Part shown: in pieces, positions 1 to 13,040 of the stretch
How positions within the stretch are numbered: the stretch's first letter is position 1
How the letters are laid out: every line of letters starts with the position of its first letter
Source of the DNA: Catajapyx aquilonaris
Taxonomy: Eukaryota
DNA: 59,892 nt
NCBI GenBank assembly: GCA_000934665.2
Contig: JYFJ02002294.1
Span: 1 to 59,892, forward strand
Reading direction: 5' to 3'
Program-made: the position numbers and the translations under genes
The notes under the pieces: generated by a model
Seen by the model: the letters and a program-made list of their open reading frames with translations, nothing else
Database searches by the model: none
Told to the model about the DNA's origin: nothing

Positions 1-1186
1 CAATAAATATAAATAAAAATTTGCCGCAAGTCGCGCCGTTTGCCGCGCGACATTTTTTTTGTGAAATGGCCTTTACCCATCGTTTACATCATTGCGGTTT
101 AAGATAAAGCCAGAAATTCTAAGGTTAAAATTACTTCATGGAAGTTCATTCCATTTTTACAAGCGAATTTGTCTTTTTAGTGAATATGCTCCGAAGTCAG
201 TTTTTAAAATAGCAAATGAAACTATCCTCACAGTTCAAAATAACTGAATAATCATGTCTTGTATTGACTTAATTCTAATTGTCCCACTTGCGATTAACAT
301 ATTACATGCTTTCACATCATTGCACGAGCTATGATATTAATCTTTATCGATCATCTGTAACGTGGTTGTCTCGTAACGATGTCTTAAAGCAAAAAGCAGA
401 TTCCAACCTTAATGATTTGTCAATTAACATTGAAAAGCGATGCATCCCGTACGTTGGACACTGTTTTTTGAGGTCATTTTGTTGTCCTGTCATTGCATTT
501 CTGATTTTAAAATTGCTAGTTAAGTGGATTCTTTCAGCATTGTTCCTCTTTACAAATGAAATCCGCAGCCTGGCAGCACACTTTTGGGGAATGTTGGAGA
601 CGAACTGGGCCCAGCCATCTCTTACACCTTCTTTCCATTCGGTGGACTCTTCTCTTTGTTTGTTATCTGTCCTGTTTATTGGTTGTTTTTTTTAAATATT
701 TTCAGTGCTGAAGCTTAGATCATTGAGAGTTTTTTTCTTTGTAGGGCAAGTCTGGACATCTACATTAGCACACAATTGGTTTTCCTTTTCTAAATAATAG
801 AAGGCTTCAGTTTGGATATTGCCAGCATGGATGTTACACCTATTTAATTTGGCTCTTGGCTTTTCTTTCGTATAACTTGGGACGTGCAACGTGACTGCAT
901 TTTGTTCTCATGATTGTGTATTTGCCATGGTTGGAATGGTGGTGATTGGTTTGTCGAATGCATTTAATTTTTTTGCATGTTATTTGGTTCAAAAGTGAGT
1001 TCCAACCGTGGCACGAAATTGCTACTTATTACGACTTGTTTTCTACTTAAGTATTTTCTCCACTGCACATGTGACACACTATTTGACACTTGATTTGCGA
1101 AATACCTTTATTTGACCCACCCCTTACCATCCCCTCTTGTCCCGGCGGGCCCACGAATAATAGTAACCAGAGCATTGTGTTGCCAG

Positions 1187-4100
1187 GCTGAGTTTGGCTA
1201 CCGGTACTCGCAGATGGCCGATCCCAGTCGTGAGGAAGAGCAAGTCACGTTGTTGGGGGAAGAAGGTCTGCGTGCAGGCGGACAGTCCTTGAAGTTGGGG
1301 TAATTATCAGATTCATTAGATGACTCCTGAATCATCTGCAACAATACATGTGACATTGTCCAGTTCTTAGTATTGTGTGGTGACAATATTTGTAAAATTT
1401 TCACACATGATTTGAACTGTTAATTTATATTAATTTTTGAGGAAATCTAGAAGTTAATTGAAAGATGATAATTTTGCTCTTGTATTGATCTAAGTGGGTC
1501 TGTCATTCTTTGCTAGTCTGTGGAATTCGCTCTGTGTCAAGTTATGGGAAATTGCTATTTTTTAAGTCGCCAAAGTGTTGATGTTGAACTGTTTCTGTGT
1601 CCGGGTCGTCTTGCCATTTTCTCCATTCCCTTCACTTTAACTGCATGCCACATGCTTGCAATGCTTTAGTAGAAGTGATGTAACTACGTAATAACAGGCT
1701 GTGTTACGTTAGTCCTTAGTTTAGTTTAGATTGACACTGTTGGGTTGAAATTTGCATCCTGTACAAAAAGTTGTGTTAGTCACGATTTGTAGGGTGCACG
1801 TGCTTATTTATTATTTTCTGCTGTAGCCTCTTACAGTGTGTTTATCGGAAGTAGATCTTTTGTAAATTAATGTTCATTTTTGTTTCAGATACTGTTTTAA
1901 AATTATCCATGTCCGTGCTCCTCTTTTCTGTATAGTGAAAGGCCATTTGACAGTGAATTCACTTGTACTGATCATATTAATATTTTTGCATGATTTAAAT
2001 AGGATTTTTTTTTATTTTTTTTTGAAGCAGCAATTGTGTGAGAAGAACCAGTTTTTGTCAAGTGGTCTCGTTGTTTTTCATAGTGCATCAAAAGTTGATC
2101 TGTGACCCGCTTCTTTTTTAATTTTTCTGTACCGGCTTAGCATGAGGCAGGTCCAGAGTTCTCTGATTCGCTGACTATCAACCTTATAGTTGAGGACACT
2201 GTAGTGGTTCCTCAAGCTGGGGCTGTCCCTATGCGGTTGGGGTATGTACAGAATAAACTTAGAAGAAGCACTAATTACTGCAGTAATCCCAAAGATCGCT
2301 TTTTACTTAATTAGTATTAATAGAACGATGCAGAATCATTACATCAGCTGAAATTATTACAATAATAACAATGTTACATCCATCATTATAATTTTAAAAA
2401 TATTTTTACGTTGCACTTGAAGTATTTCTACTGCAGATTATTTTAATGAATTATGCGATGTGGAATGTATGGATGCATGATTGTTGGGATGCAAATGTAG
2501 ACTCGAGGTTAATACATCAGCAAAGGGAATGGAGGGTAATGGCAAAGGACACGAGTTTGGGTCCAAATTGTTGAGTCCTTATGCAAAAACTTTCAGCTTT
2601 GTTGCTGGTGTCATATTGCGTGAGAAGATTCCTGCCTTTGAGCGCATGCTGTGGAGAGCATGTCGTGGAAATGTCTTCTTGCGGCAGGCAGAAATTGACA
2701 CTCCTTTGGAAGATCCTGTGACGGTAAGAAAACACACCATGAAACGCAGGTAGCTAATGCTGTACAATCAATTTTTTTAATTGTCTTTCTAGGGCGACAA
2801 TGTGCTGAAGTCAGTTTTCATCATATTCTTCCAAGGTGATCAGTTGAAGGGTAGGGTTAAGAAAATATGTGAGGGCTTTCGGGCCACCCTTTATCCTTGT
2901 CCTGAAGTGTCAGGAGATCGACGAGAAATGGCCATGGGTGTCATGACCCGACTGGATGATCTTACTACTGTAAGTGTATTTGGAGTGTTCATAGAGCACG
3001 CTTTCTATTTATTTATTTTGCCAATTTATGTCCAATAATATAGATTATTATTTGCATCATGCAAGGAAATTTCTGAATGTGTAGTTGGTGAAAACAATAC
3101 CAATAGGAACATAATAATGGTGTTGTGACCTGTAACTTACTGAGGACAATATCTAGTTATTTTACCTTACGACCGTCACTTATTTATATTCATGAATTGC
3201 ACAGGTGTTGGGCCAGACTCAGGACCACAGGCGTCGAGTGCTGGTGGCAGCAGCCAAAAATGTGAAGAGCTGGTTTGTGAAGGTGTGCAAGATCAAAGCC
3301 ATCTACCACACGCTGAACCTTTTCAACCTGGACGTCACACAGAAATGTCTCATTGCTGAATGTTGGGTGCCAGTGGCTGATTTGGAGACGATTCAGCTGG
3401 CTCTCCGAAGGGGCACGGTAAGTTGCTTAGCTTGTCAGGACATACCATTGCATTAGAATGGAACAACTGGTACAAATAGTGATGCAGTTGCATTCATTCA
3501 AAAGCTAGAATGTATTGTACAGTGTTCACTTGGTTTGCAAGTTCTCACAATGTTTATTGTACAGGAGAGAAGTGGGAGCTCGGTTCCTCCCATCCTGAAC
3601 CGAATGGATGCCAGAGAGCCTCCTCCGACTTACAACCGCACCAACAAGTTCACCAAAGGCTTCCAAGCTTTGATTGATGCCTATGGATCGGCCACCTACA
3701 GGGAGGTCAACCCAGCACCATACACCATCATCACTTTTCCCTTCCTCTTCTCTGTCATGTTTGGGGATACTGGCCACGGCCTCATTTTGGCCCTGTTTGC
3801 GGGCTGGATGGTCCTTCGGGAAAAGCCTCTTGCAGCGCAGAAAAACACCAACGAGGTTTGTATTGCGAATTGTGCACATATTTGTAAAAAAAATTAATAG
3901 GTGCATGAGTATGCACTGATACATGTCCAAACATATGAAACGTGTTCCGATATATTTCAGATCTGGAACATTATGTTTGCTGGGCGTTACATCATACTTC
4001 TGATGGGATTGTTTTCATTCTACACTGGCCTGATCTACAATGATATATTTTCAAAGTCTCTCAATATATTTGGGTCTCATTGGTACGCCAACTACAATTC

Positions 4101-5788
4101 CTCCACCATGAAGCACAACTCTGACCTGTCCCTTGATCCAGGGAGTTATGATTACACTCAAACTCCATATCCGTTTGGGATAGATCCAATTTGGTCGGTG
4201 AGTACAACCTCGTTTTCATTTTTTCCTACTTTACGGCTAACCTCTGCCGTGTTTTCAGCTTGCTTCAAACAAGATCACCTTTCTCAACGCCTACAAGATG
4301 AAAATCTCCATCATCATTGGGGTGATTCACATGCTGTTTGGAGTTGTACTCAGTCTGTACAACCACAGGTGAGTAATTTTGACTTGACCTGCTAGCGTTT
4401 CTCTGCATTAAGAGTAATGCTATATTTAATTAGGACTAGGAATGTCAGTGTAATGGTTGATGATGCATTGCAGATACTTCCGTCAGCCCCTGAACATTTA
4501 CTGCGAGTTCATCCCACAAGTCATTTTCATGTTTTCTCTGTTTTTCTACTTGTGCCTGTTAATCTTCAGCAAGTGGACATCTTATTATGCCGGTGGACGT
4601 GAGTATCAAAAGTCCTGTTAAATACTGCAGAGTGATATCTGTTTGATTGGAGTTTGTAAGCATGTAATGATTGAAATTAACTCATCCTTTAATAGCTGTG
4701 GAACTCAGCCCTGCATGTGCCCCATCTCTCCTGATCACTTTCATCAACATGGTTTTGTTCAAGTCGGACACAGCCAGATACGCTGAGTGTAATGTCAACA
4801 TGTATGCAGGGCAGGTGAGTGCGAGTTTTGTGTTATTTCTGCAGTGAAAACTGTACGTGACTTACTTGCATTGTTTCAGGGTGGAATTCAAACCCTTCTT
4901 GTGCTGCTGGCACTCTTCTGCGTACCTTGGATGCTGCTGGCAAAGCCACTCATTTTGCGCAACAACCACAACAAACTACATCTCAGGGTATGCATTGCCA
5001 CTAAGCTATTGCCATCGAAATGTGTCAAATAATATGGCAAGACTCTTTGCAACATTTTATATGCTGCTACGAACTTCTGTCATTTGCAGCTTATGAATGG
5101 TCAGCCCAATGCGCCAATGGGTGAGGATGTTGAGGCCCACCATCAGGAGCCTCCTCCAGTGATGACGACTCATGAGGATGAACCGTTTGACTTCATGGAA
5201 ATCTTTATTCACCAGTCCATTCACACTATTGAATTTGTGCTTGGATCTGTCTCTCACACTGCATCCTACTTGCGACTCTGGGCCCTTAGTCTTGCCCATG
5301 CCCGTAAGTATAAACTTGCTTGACAGTTGCGTAACATGCTTTGACGCTAACACTGCTGTCTTTTATCAGAGCTCAGTGAGGTTCTGTGGTCCATGGTGAT
5401 GCGTATCGGACTGACCTGGGACGACTGGTATGGTGGGATCATCCTGTGGGCCATCTTTGCCTTCTGGGCCGTTCTCACTATTGCCATTCTGGTCGTCATG
5501 GAGGGACTCTCTGCTTTCCTGCACACACTTAGGCTGCACTGGTAAGCATATTATTGCATTCAGATTGGATGTTTCATACAGCAAGCAGCACTTTACGCAG
5601 AATTATGTTTGAAAAAGGAGCGTTTTAATCTCTGAAAAACCAGGTGAATATGTTGTGCCTAACACTGTGGTCTCATTTCCAGGGTGGAATTCCAGAGCAA
5701 ATTTTTCTCTGGAACGGGTCATCCCTTCACTCCATTTTCATTCGACACCATATTGGAAGCAGCTCAGCCGTCAGATGAAGCTGTGTAA
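1187..5788 (+). CDS. ATP6V0A1: V-type proton ATPase V0 subunit a (116 kDa, Vha100-1-like), 5'-partial. Exons: alt 1187(or 1214)-1299, alt 2141-2241, 2597-2723, 2793-2969, 3205-3417, 3565-3855, 3961-4197, 4259-4368, 4474-4598, 4696-4814, 4880-4987, 5090-5303, 5370-5541, 5683-5788
   Basis: Hallmark motifs [84 protein letters not shown]. All introns are GT-AG with consistent phase; TAA stop at 5786-5788. Confidence 0.96.
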
Positions 5789-7501
5789 GATAAGTCTGTA
5801 GGGTAAAAAGTTAGTCTTCAGATTAATTTATGTGCAGTGAATGACTGTTCCATTTTAATGTTTAATTAATGTTGTCACGTTGCAACATGCAGGCAACCTT
5901 TATTGTCTAGGTGTTGTAAGCTGTTACATAATAAGAGTCACCAAGGAGTCAGACAATGGCGTGTGTCTCAGATTAATCATCTGTAAAGTAAAAGCGAATG
6001 TTGGGTGTGACATGGTGAATCTCATCCATTTGTGACGGAATGTCTGACCCCTTAGAAGTCACAAGCTAAATAGTTGGCAGTAACATTTTTATTTAAGTCT
6101 TTGGACACTTGAAAGAGTTTTATTTATTTATTTTCGTGCCTTCAATATTATGAAATAATTTTATCAAAGAAGAGGTTAAGTTCCTGATTTCATACATCAG
6201 TCATTCAAAAAGTTTATTTTAGACATGTTAATTTTATATTTCTAGGATGTAAGTGACAATTTGATTGAGTTAAAAGTTACTACCAATTCATGTGGAATTA
6301 AATACTGTACATCTAACGCTTGACGTTCTAATGCTTGACGTTATGCGCATGCTGTCATGTTCATGAAAAATCAAAACTTGTCAGACTTTTAATGTGTTAA
6401 AAAGGATATAATCAGTGTTGTGTGTAGCTAAAGGCCAGTACACGCCATAGAGTGTGACTGCATTTGCAAAACACGGTACTACAGTATAATGACGCTTCTG
6501 GCACTTTCAGATTATAGTAGTGTAACCTACATTCTGGACGTAGCTTGTAAATCAGCTCTCTCACTACGCTGCGAATCTCAATGTGTTCTGCACTGTAATA
6601 TGTTGAATATGATTTATTTATTTATTGTTCTGTTAATATCCATATTATTTATCACTTGTCATTTTGTTATGTACTGCTTCCGGATATGGCAGCAGTAAAA
6701 TTAAGCTGGTGCTTTTCTTGCTGTGACCGCCGTACAAAAGTGCAGCATTTTAGGTAGCATAGAGCTTGGTGGCTTGATCGTGTGATTAAGTTACTTATTT
6801 AAAAGTATGACAGGTTTTAATTTATTTTATTTAAGTTATAAGCAAATGCTACTGCAATATTTCAAACTGACTGTTACAATGTGATGAAATGGATAGCCTT
6901 TGTGCAATTTGACTGAATATTATTTTAAAATACTGTGTAAAACACAAATGGAGAAGAATTTCGTCAATCTTTAAAAAAAAGAGAGATGAAATGGAGCTTA
7001 AGCTTTTGCACAGGGTTAGCTCTCTATTGTGCTAACATGTATTAAGTTGAAAATGTGATGCTGTAGACAGCTTGTAGAGAAAGATTCACAATGCTTCTGA
7101 CGTATAATATGTCCCTCACATCGGTGTGGAACTTGTGACCTCGCTGGTTTGCTTTTAGGACTTGATAAGGATAATAGAGTCAGGGCCTAAAGGTAATTAC
7201 CTTGTGGTCAGTTCACTAAGTTGAAGAAATACACAATGGGCATTGCAAAAAGTGAAATAGTGTTTTTTTTTAATTGAATTATTGTGTAAGTGATGGAGAC
7301 TTTTAGTCCAAAACAATTCAAGTTCAACCGATAGTATTACCTAAAGAAATCTTATTGATGGTATGTGATGAGTGTACTGTTCTGTAACTCCATGATAAAA
7401 GCAATCACTGAAACAAAGTGCGTGTTATTTCAATTCCAGAATGTGACACCCACGCTTTCTTTGTCCTCTTAATATTTATTTGTGCAATTAAACAGCATGG
7501 T

Positions 7502-7594
7502 CATATGAGGATATTGAGGACCTCCTCCTCAATATCCGCTGGCAACCCCATATCTGTTCGGGAAACGCGGTGAAGATGATGATGATGATGAAGG
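7502..7594 (+). mobile_element. Very short 5'-truncated retroposon 3' end with (GAT)n tail
   Basis: (GAT)n tail at ~7575-7590; flanking direct repeat AGCATGGT at 7494-7501 and 7595-7602; internal inverted segment GGATATTGAGGA/TCCTCAATATCC. Confidence 0.55.
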
Positions 7595-8171
7595 AGCATG
7601 GTAAAAAGTGCTGAAGATGTAACCATGTGAACAATAGAATCAGTACTTGCATCTAATCTGGTTACGCACATGAGCACAATAATTCAGATAGCTCCTCATG
7701 ACTAGTTGTCGAACATGACTTGCAACTAAACGGTGAGTGCAGTTGGTGTGTCAATGAAGTGGTGCATGTACTTTACATCTCTGTTGTAGTGTTGTTATGC
7801 TACAATGAGTGACAACTTCTGGAAGATTTGGAGAGTTCTACAGGTTAGCATTAAACTCATGACCCAGTTCATTATAGTTGATACTATGATATGAAAGTGT
7901 GTACAAAATGCCAAAATGGAATGTGTTAACAGGTTAACTCATTTCAGTCAACGTCTTGCATCAAAATAATTTATGGTTCGACTCGTTTGTCGAAGACTGT
8001 CAGACCCACAAAAGTCTTATTTACGTTGTCACCTTCGTAGAAACAGGAAAGGGCAGAAAGTAATGTCCATTATGTGTAGGGAACATTGGCATAAAATTCT
8101 GTTTAAATCTCCAAGCAATTATATTGCAACCGTATTGTTCAATAAATGGTTTGTAAATTACGTGTGGTGAT

Positions 8172-8440
8172 GGGCGACACGGTGGCGGAGTGGTTAGTGC
8201 CACAGCTTTCCACCTCTAAGATCCCGAGTTCGATCCCCGGATCGCGCAGAGGATACTTATGTGGATAGAGTTTCGATGGGTTCTCTCCGTGTTAGCGTGG
8301 GTTTTCTCGGGGTTCTCCCGTTTCCTCCCGCAATCAAAATCCATCACACGCAGGCAATGATTAAAGTCGGTTCACGAAAAGAAGATCCCCTAAGAGGCCC
8401 CAGGCCTATCACGGGGTATCCATTATTATTATTATTATTA
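8172..8440 (+). mobile_element. tRNA-derived SINE with V-domain-like core
   Basis: A box (TGGCGGAGTGG) and B box (GAGTTCGATCC); core GTTCTCTCCGTGTTAGCGTGGGTTTTCTCGGGGTTCTCCCGTTTCCTCCC resembles the V-SINE domain; 3' stem-loop and (ATT)n tail; TSD ATTACGTGTGGTG at 8157-8169 and 8437-8449. Confidence 0.85.
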
Positions 8441-9223
8441 CGTGTGGTGTGACATTGAGAATTTACAGCCATTGACTTAAGACCTGAGACTTTTAATGCT
8501 ACTCAATGAGCCAGATTTTATTATCATTTTGGTTTGCCATTGGAAATGTTTGAGATATACTTGTCATTTTTATATCCTATTGTGATTTGTTCCAGATCTA
8601 TCAAACTGTGTGTTAAAACTCATGACTGTCTCATAATCTCATGAAAACGTAGTTTTCCATTGTAAGAAGGGGTCGGAAAAGCCGTCTGAGTATCTTATCA
8701 CGAAGGTTACCGGAATTTGGAGCATTAAAGTAACCTGGATAAGCCTGGCAGTACACTGGCAGGTCGGAGCTGTAAGTGTCAAGGGGTAAGTATTAGTTAA
8801 ATGTGAGTATCTTAAAAATTAAGATTCTTGTCCATGCTTGTCAATAGGTGCTCTTAGTCAGGGATTCTCAATGTCTTGGATGCCATTTGATTCCTCAATA
8901 GACTCTAATCAGCCTATGAATGTGGCGCAAAGCACCCTGAAAATTTCATTGGTTCTTGCCAATGATAATCGATTTTCATATTCCAGCACTGGGGGTGACT
9001 GAATGTGTACGTCATCAGCAATCATGTAACTCTTCATTATTGCAACATGTTTTTTCGTGTAATTAGGCATTTTGTAAAATACGTACAAAATATAGCACAC
9101 AACTGATGGTTCAGTGTCATTGGGGACACTGATTAGTTACAGTAGGAAATACACTTATTATAGGCCTGCAGGAGAAAGCACAACTTGATCTGCAGACCGA
9201 GCAAGAATCCAGCCTGTAGCATC

Positions 9224-11937
9224 ATGCCTACTGGCATATACCAATGGACAGTCCTGATATTAGCAGGTAATATACATACTCACATGCTTTTCCCTTACAA
9301 CTGTTATTTTGGACTTTTTCTACCTAGGATCTGCATTTCTCAACTTTACAAGTGCTTGTAGTAGTAATGATCTGAGGTCTAAGATGACTCAAATAATCCA
9401 TGAGAAATTTGGAACTACGGAGTCTGTTCCTCTGGATGCTCAGCGTCTTGCACAAGGATGCAGGTAAGCAGGCTACACTTTTCGATACACTCTGAAGGTA
9501 TAACTGAAATGTATTTCAGTGCTAACGAATCCCTTCACAATGAGCTTGTTGCTGTTGCCCAACAATGCCTTCAACCAGAAAGGGTGCCACTAATGACAAA
9601 ATTCATTGTCGCTGTCATTGAGCAGATGTGTACTCCAGGGCATTATCAGAATGGTATGGATCTAGTATTTTGTTCCTCAAAGCACTTGATATAAAAATGT
9701 TTTACGATTGCAGTGTTGTTGAAAAATGCAGAGTGTTTACACAACAGCTGGTCACACGCCATCAAGTGCGCTGGCAGAGCTGCGAAAGAGTTAGGATCTG
9801 CTTCACAGATTAATATAGCTCAAAAGTGCTGGTGAGTAGTAATGGCTGAAGTAGAGATTACAGCCCAGACGCCATATCAATTAGGAAACAGCTACGTGGG
9901 GGAAGTGACTGGTGACCCCAGAATTAATTCCTCAAGCTGGACCAGAATGTAGGCGGGAACATTGTTATCGCTCAGGCCGAGGCGTACGTTGCCTTGGTTA
10001 TGAACAAACACTCCAATGACTCTAACTTAATTCCAACCCGTGTATGCATAAGTCAATCAATTGGGAGGTTGGCAACAAAATAAACTGAAGATAGGGCTGT
10101 ATCCGCAAGGAAGGAAGGAAGGTTAGGTTAGGTTGGTACTGTACAGTGGACCCCTACACCTGCCACAATGAAGCACTGAAAATATAAACATGCTTGCCCT
10201 GCGGGCTTCCATACACTAACGACTATTGCATGTCACCAACCGGGCCGAAAGTTACGTGACTGGTCAATTGCTGGCCAGGTGAAAATCACAAGCGTCACCT
10301 CTCAAGCATTTTCGAGTAATTAGCAATTAATGTGCTGCATGAGCCCCGGAACTGTACTGTATGGCCCCTACAATGAAAATTTCCATTGTTGCCTAGCAAA
10401 TTCTTGAGCTGGCCTATTTGTTCGTAACCTAGGCAATATACACCTCGGCCTGAGCGATAACAATGATTCCGCTTGCATTCTGGTCCAGCTTCAGGAATTA
10501 ATTCCGGGGTCCCTACCACGATGCAAAGGTGCAGGTACTGCTTCCTAATTGATTCAGCGAATGGGCTGGGTAAGGGTGCAGTTTAGAGCCGCAAAAGTCT
10601 TCCAGGTTTCTATATATTTTCTGAATCTACTCGATGAGCTGAGTCGAATGACACTATTCCTAGTGTGCGGAAATGCTTGGTGCAGGAGTAATTGAATTTT
10701 GAAATTGCAAGTAATAACAATGAATAAATGAAAATAAACAAGTGTTCCTTTGTTGAAACAGTTTACTCCCATTGTTGAGTGAATGAATATCCGTGGTAAT
10801 TTTAAACGTCGTTTGGGGGTTGTGTGTTCGCAGAAATACTGTCCGCCTTGTGGTGGCGTAGATGTGGGTGTTGCGGATGTGGATGTGGCAAAGCCACAAT
10901 AACGTTCGTTGGCCTGCGGCGCCACAAGACGGACAGTAAATGTTGCGGATACAGAAACCCACAATAAGCGCCCAGCTCCGCTATCGCTCCGCAAAAACTA
11001 AAAATATCACGCACAGGCGACATACCGTGCCCGGCAGGGCCACAAGACGGACAGTACTGGTGCGGTCACACCAACGCCTCACAGATAACACCAACACAAT
11101 CAGAGTGGGGCATGCCTTGAGTAAAACCTTAGGATTCATTTTGTTGGCGGGCAAGAGGCCTCGAGCAGTGGCCCAGGAGATACCAAGCAACCTCCCTCAT
11201 TACTTCCAGGAAGGCTTGCCTCGGCCACGGACGCTCCTGAATGATGTTAAATTAAACTCCTACACTCTTGTTCTATGTCCAACGAACCAAGAACAACCAT
11301 TTATTTACATCATTCAGCATCCCTCACAGCACGTTTCCATGGAATCTCTCACGTTTCCACGGAGAATCACCTGACGCAACAATGGGAGTGAACAGTCTCA
11401 ACAAAGGAACACTTGTTTACTTTTATTTTATTCATTGTTATTACATGCAATTTCAAAATTCAATTACTCCTGCACCAAACATTTCCGCACACTAGGAATA
11501 GTGTCATTCGACTCAGCTCATCGAGTAGATTCAGAAAATGCATAGAAACCTGCAAGATTTTTGCGGCTCTAAACTGCACCCAAGCCATGGGCTGTATTCT
11601 TGACGTGAACCTATATAAAGAAAGTTTGCCATTATTTCTTGCTTCCATTTTACAGTCCTCTGAACGATTTCCAATCGTGCATTCAGAAATGGGCTGGAAA
11701 ATGCGGAAAGGATGCTATTGATTATATGGATCAATTAGTAGATAAAATGGTGCCTCCCAGTTTTAAGGTAATTTTATCAACTAGAGTACAACTGTAATTG
11801 GGTGGCAGTAACAGTATTGATGTTGATGGTTTTAGGCTCTTTGCAAGATGGCTGGCTGTGTGGATATCTTGGGCGCGCTCACGGGCTCCTCTAAGAAGGG
11901 TAAATCTAAGGGTGGATTACTGGGTGGATTACTTTAA
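9224..11937 (+). CDS. Secreted 12-Cys protein, paralog 1 (214 aa). Exons 9224-9266, 9328-9463, 9520-9653, 9714-9831, 11656-11767, 11836-11937
   Basis: Hand-spliced open frame MPTGIYQWTVLILAGSAFLNFTSA-C...CTPGHYQNVLLKNAEC...CCPLNDFQSCIQKWAGKC...ALCKMAGC; hydrophobic N-terminus; same exon phases and Cys spacing as the three downstream paralogs. Confidence 0.85.
9877..10553. mobile_element. MITE-like element with ~130 bp imperfect terminal inverted repeats, in intron 4 of paralog 1
   Basis: 9877-10007 is the reverse complement of ~10416-10553 (ATCAATTAGGAA/TTCCTAATTGAT; TTGTTATCGCTCAGGCCGAGG/CCTCGGCCTGAGCGATAACAA). Confidence 0.75.
10569..11586. mobile_element. Non-autonomous DNA transposon with ~200 bp TIRs (Mutator-like by structure)
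   Basis: TIRs ~10569-10775 and ~11378-11586 (GG..GGGTGCAGTTTAGAGCCGCAAAA / TTTTGCGGCTCTAAACTGCACCC..CC); 8-bp TSD ATGGGCTG at 10561-10568 and 11587-11594. Confidence 0.8.
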
Positions 11938-12419
11938 TAGGTTAGGGAAGCCAGGAAAAATTGATTTATAAGCTTAACAGTATTAGGCCCAAATTTACAC
12001 CTGAGACATTTTATCAAAGTGTATAGTGTAAAAGGAGTTTGTCAAGTGTTTTCTGAAAATGTAAACGTGATTTCCGCCCCCCCCCCCCCCCCCCCCCACT
12101 TCCNCATTTAGCACCTCCTTACTCTTTATCTTTCTTTTAAAATGTAGTTTTAGCAGCTAGGAAATGTGGGACAAAAAAAAAAATATTCCAAAAGTGAAAT
12201 ATTCAATTGTGTACTGTAATTTAGGTATGAAATATTATTCTCAAACTTATGAAGATATGTGGGGATTCTCGATTCTATTTCAAGTTGAATATTTACAAGA
12301 GTCTAATTGATTAATTATTATTATTGCATTCTGCAGTGTGTTTCACCTGAAATGTATGCATGGTTTGTGATTGTTTCATAATAAGCTCCCTGTTATTGCA
12401 CTGTTGCAGTTTTTACTTA

Positions 12420-12650
12420 CTTATTTATTTATTTATTTTACCATGTACTGGGCCACAGAGGCCCTTTAGGGGGGGGGGGGGGGGGGGGGNGGGGGGGGAC
12501 CTCCTCCCTATACAAAACCAAACCCAGTTCGCATCACACAAGTATAAACAGTACAAAGGACCCCAGTTTTTCCAGCGATACACTTCATGAACAATAAATC
12601 TGATAAAAAAAAACAACTGTACATTTGTGTCTTATTTCATTTCCCAGAGA
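12420..12650 (-). mobile_element. 3' end of a non-LTR retrotransposon (hairpin plus (TAAA)n tail); 5' boundary approximate
   Basis: Minus strand reads CCCCTAAAGGGCCTCTGTGGCCCAGTACATGGTAAAATAAATAAAT, the same terminal architecture as other retroposon tails in the window. Confidence 0.5.
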
Positions 12651-12816
12651 TCCAGAATGGATATTAAGCTAGTTAAAAAATGGCATAACAGAAAGGCTGA
12701 CTGTTTCGTTAATGATGCATATTATATACAGTGGATTCTATTTGGAAGAACATGCCAGAGGCTTACCATAAATTTATTTCTAAGAGAACGAATCTGAATG
12801 AATTCTGTTATCATAT

Positions 12817-12963
12817 AATTATTTATTTATTTATTTTCCTTACCCCGGTGGGCATAGTTGCCTTTGGGGGGAAACAGCTGCCAGGCAGATACATTGTAGA
12901 GAACCTAATTTTGTATTGGGGAAGCTCTCTCCGCCCTAAGGGGTAACCCCCATGGCGTAATAA

Positions 12964-13040
<77 letters not shown>

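Noticed and set aside
538..641. Possible third alternative V-ATPase exon (PGSTLLGNVGDELG...)
   Set aside because: Weak donor (GTGGAC), and the frame containing TLLG ends in phase 1 rather than the required phase 2.
8172..8245. tRNA genes here and at 14360-14431, 18130-18205 and 46213-46285
   Set aside because: A/B boxes run into SINE bodies, mostly with tails and TSDs; no proper acceptor stem or oligo-T terminator.
12077..12500. Long poly-C and poly-G runs with N bases
   Set aside because: Probably low-quality homopolymer sequence; run lengths are unreliable.
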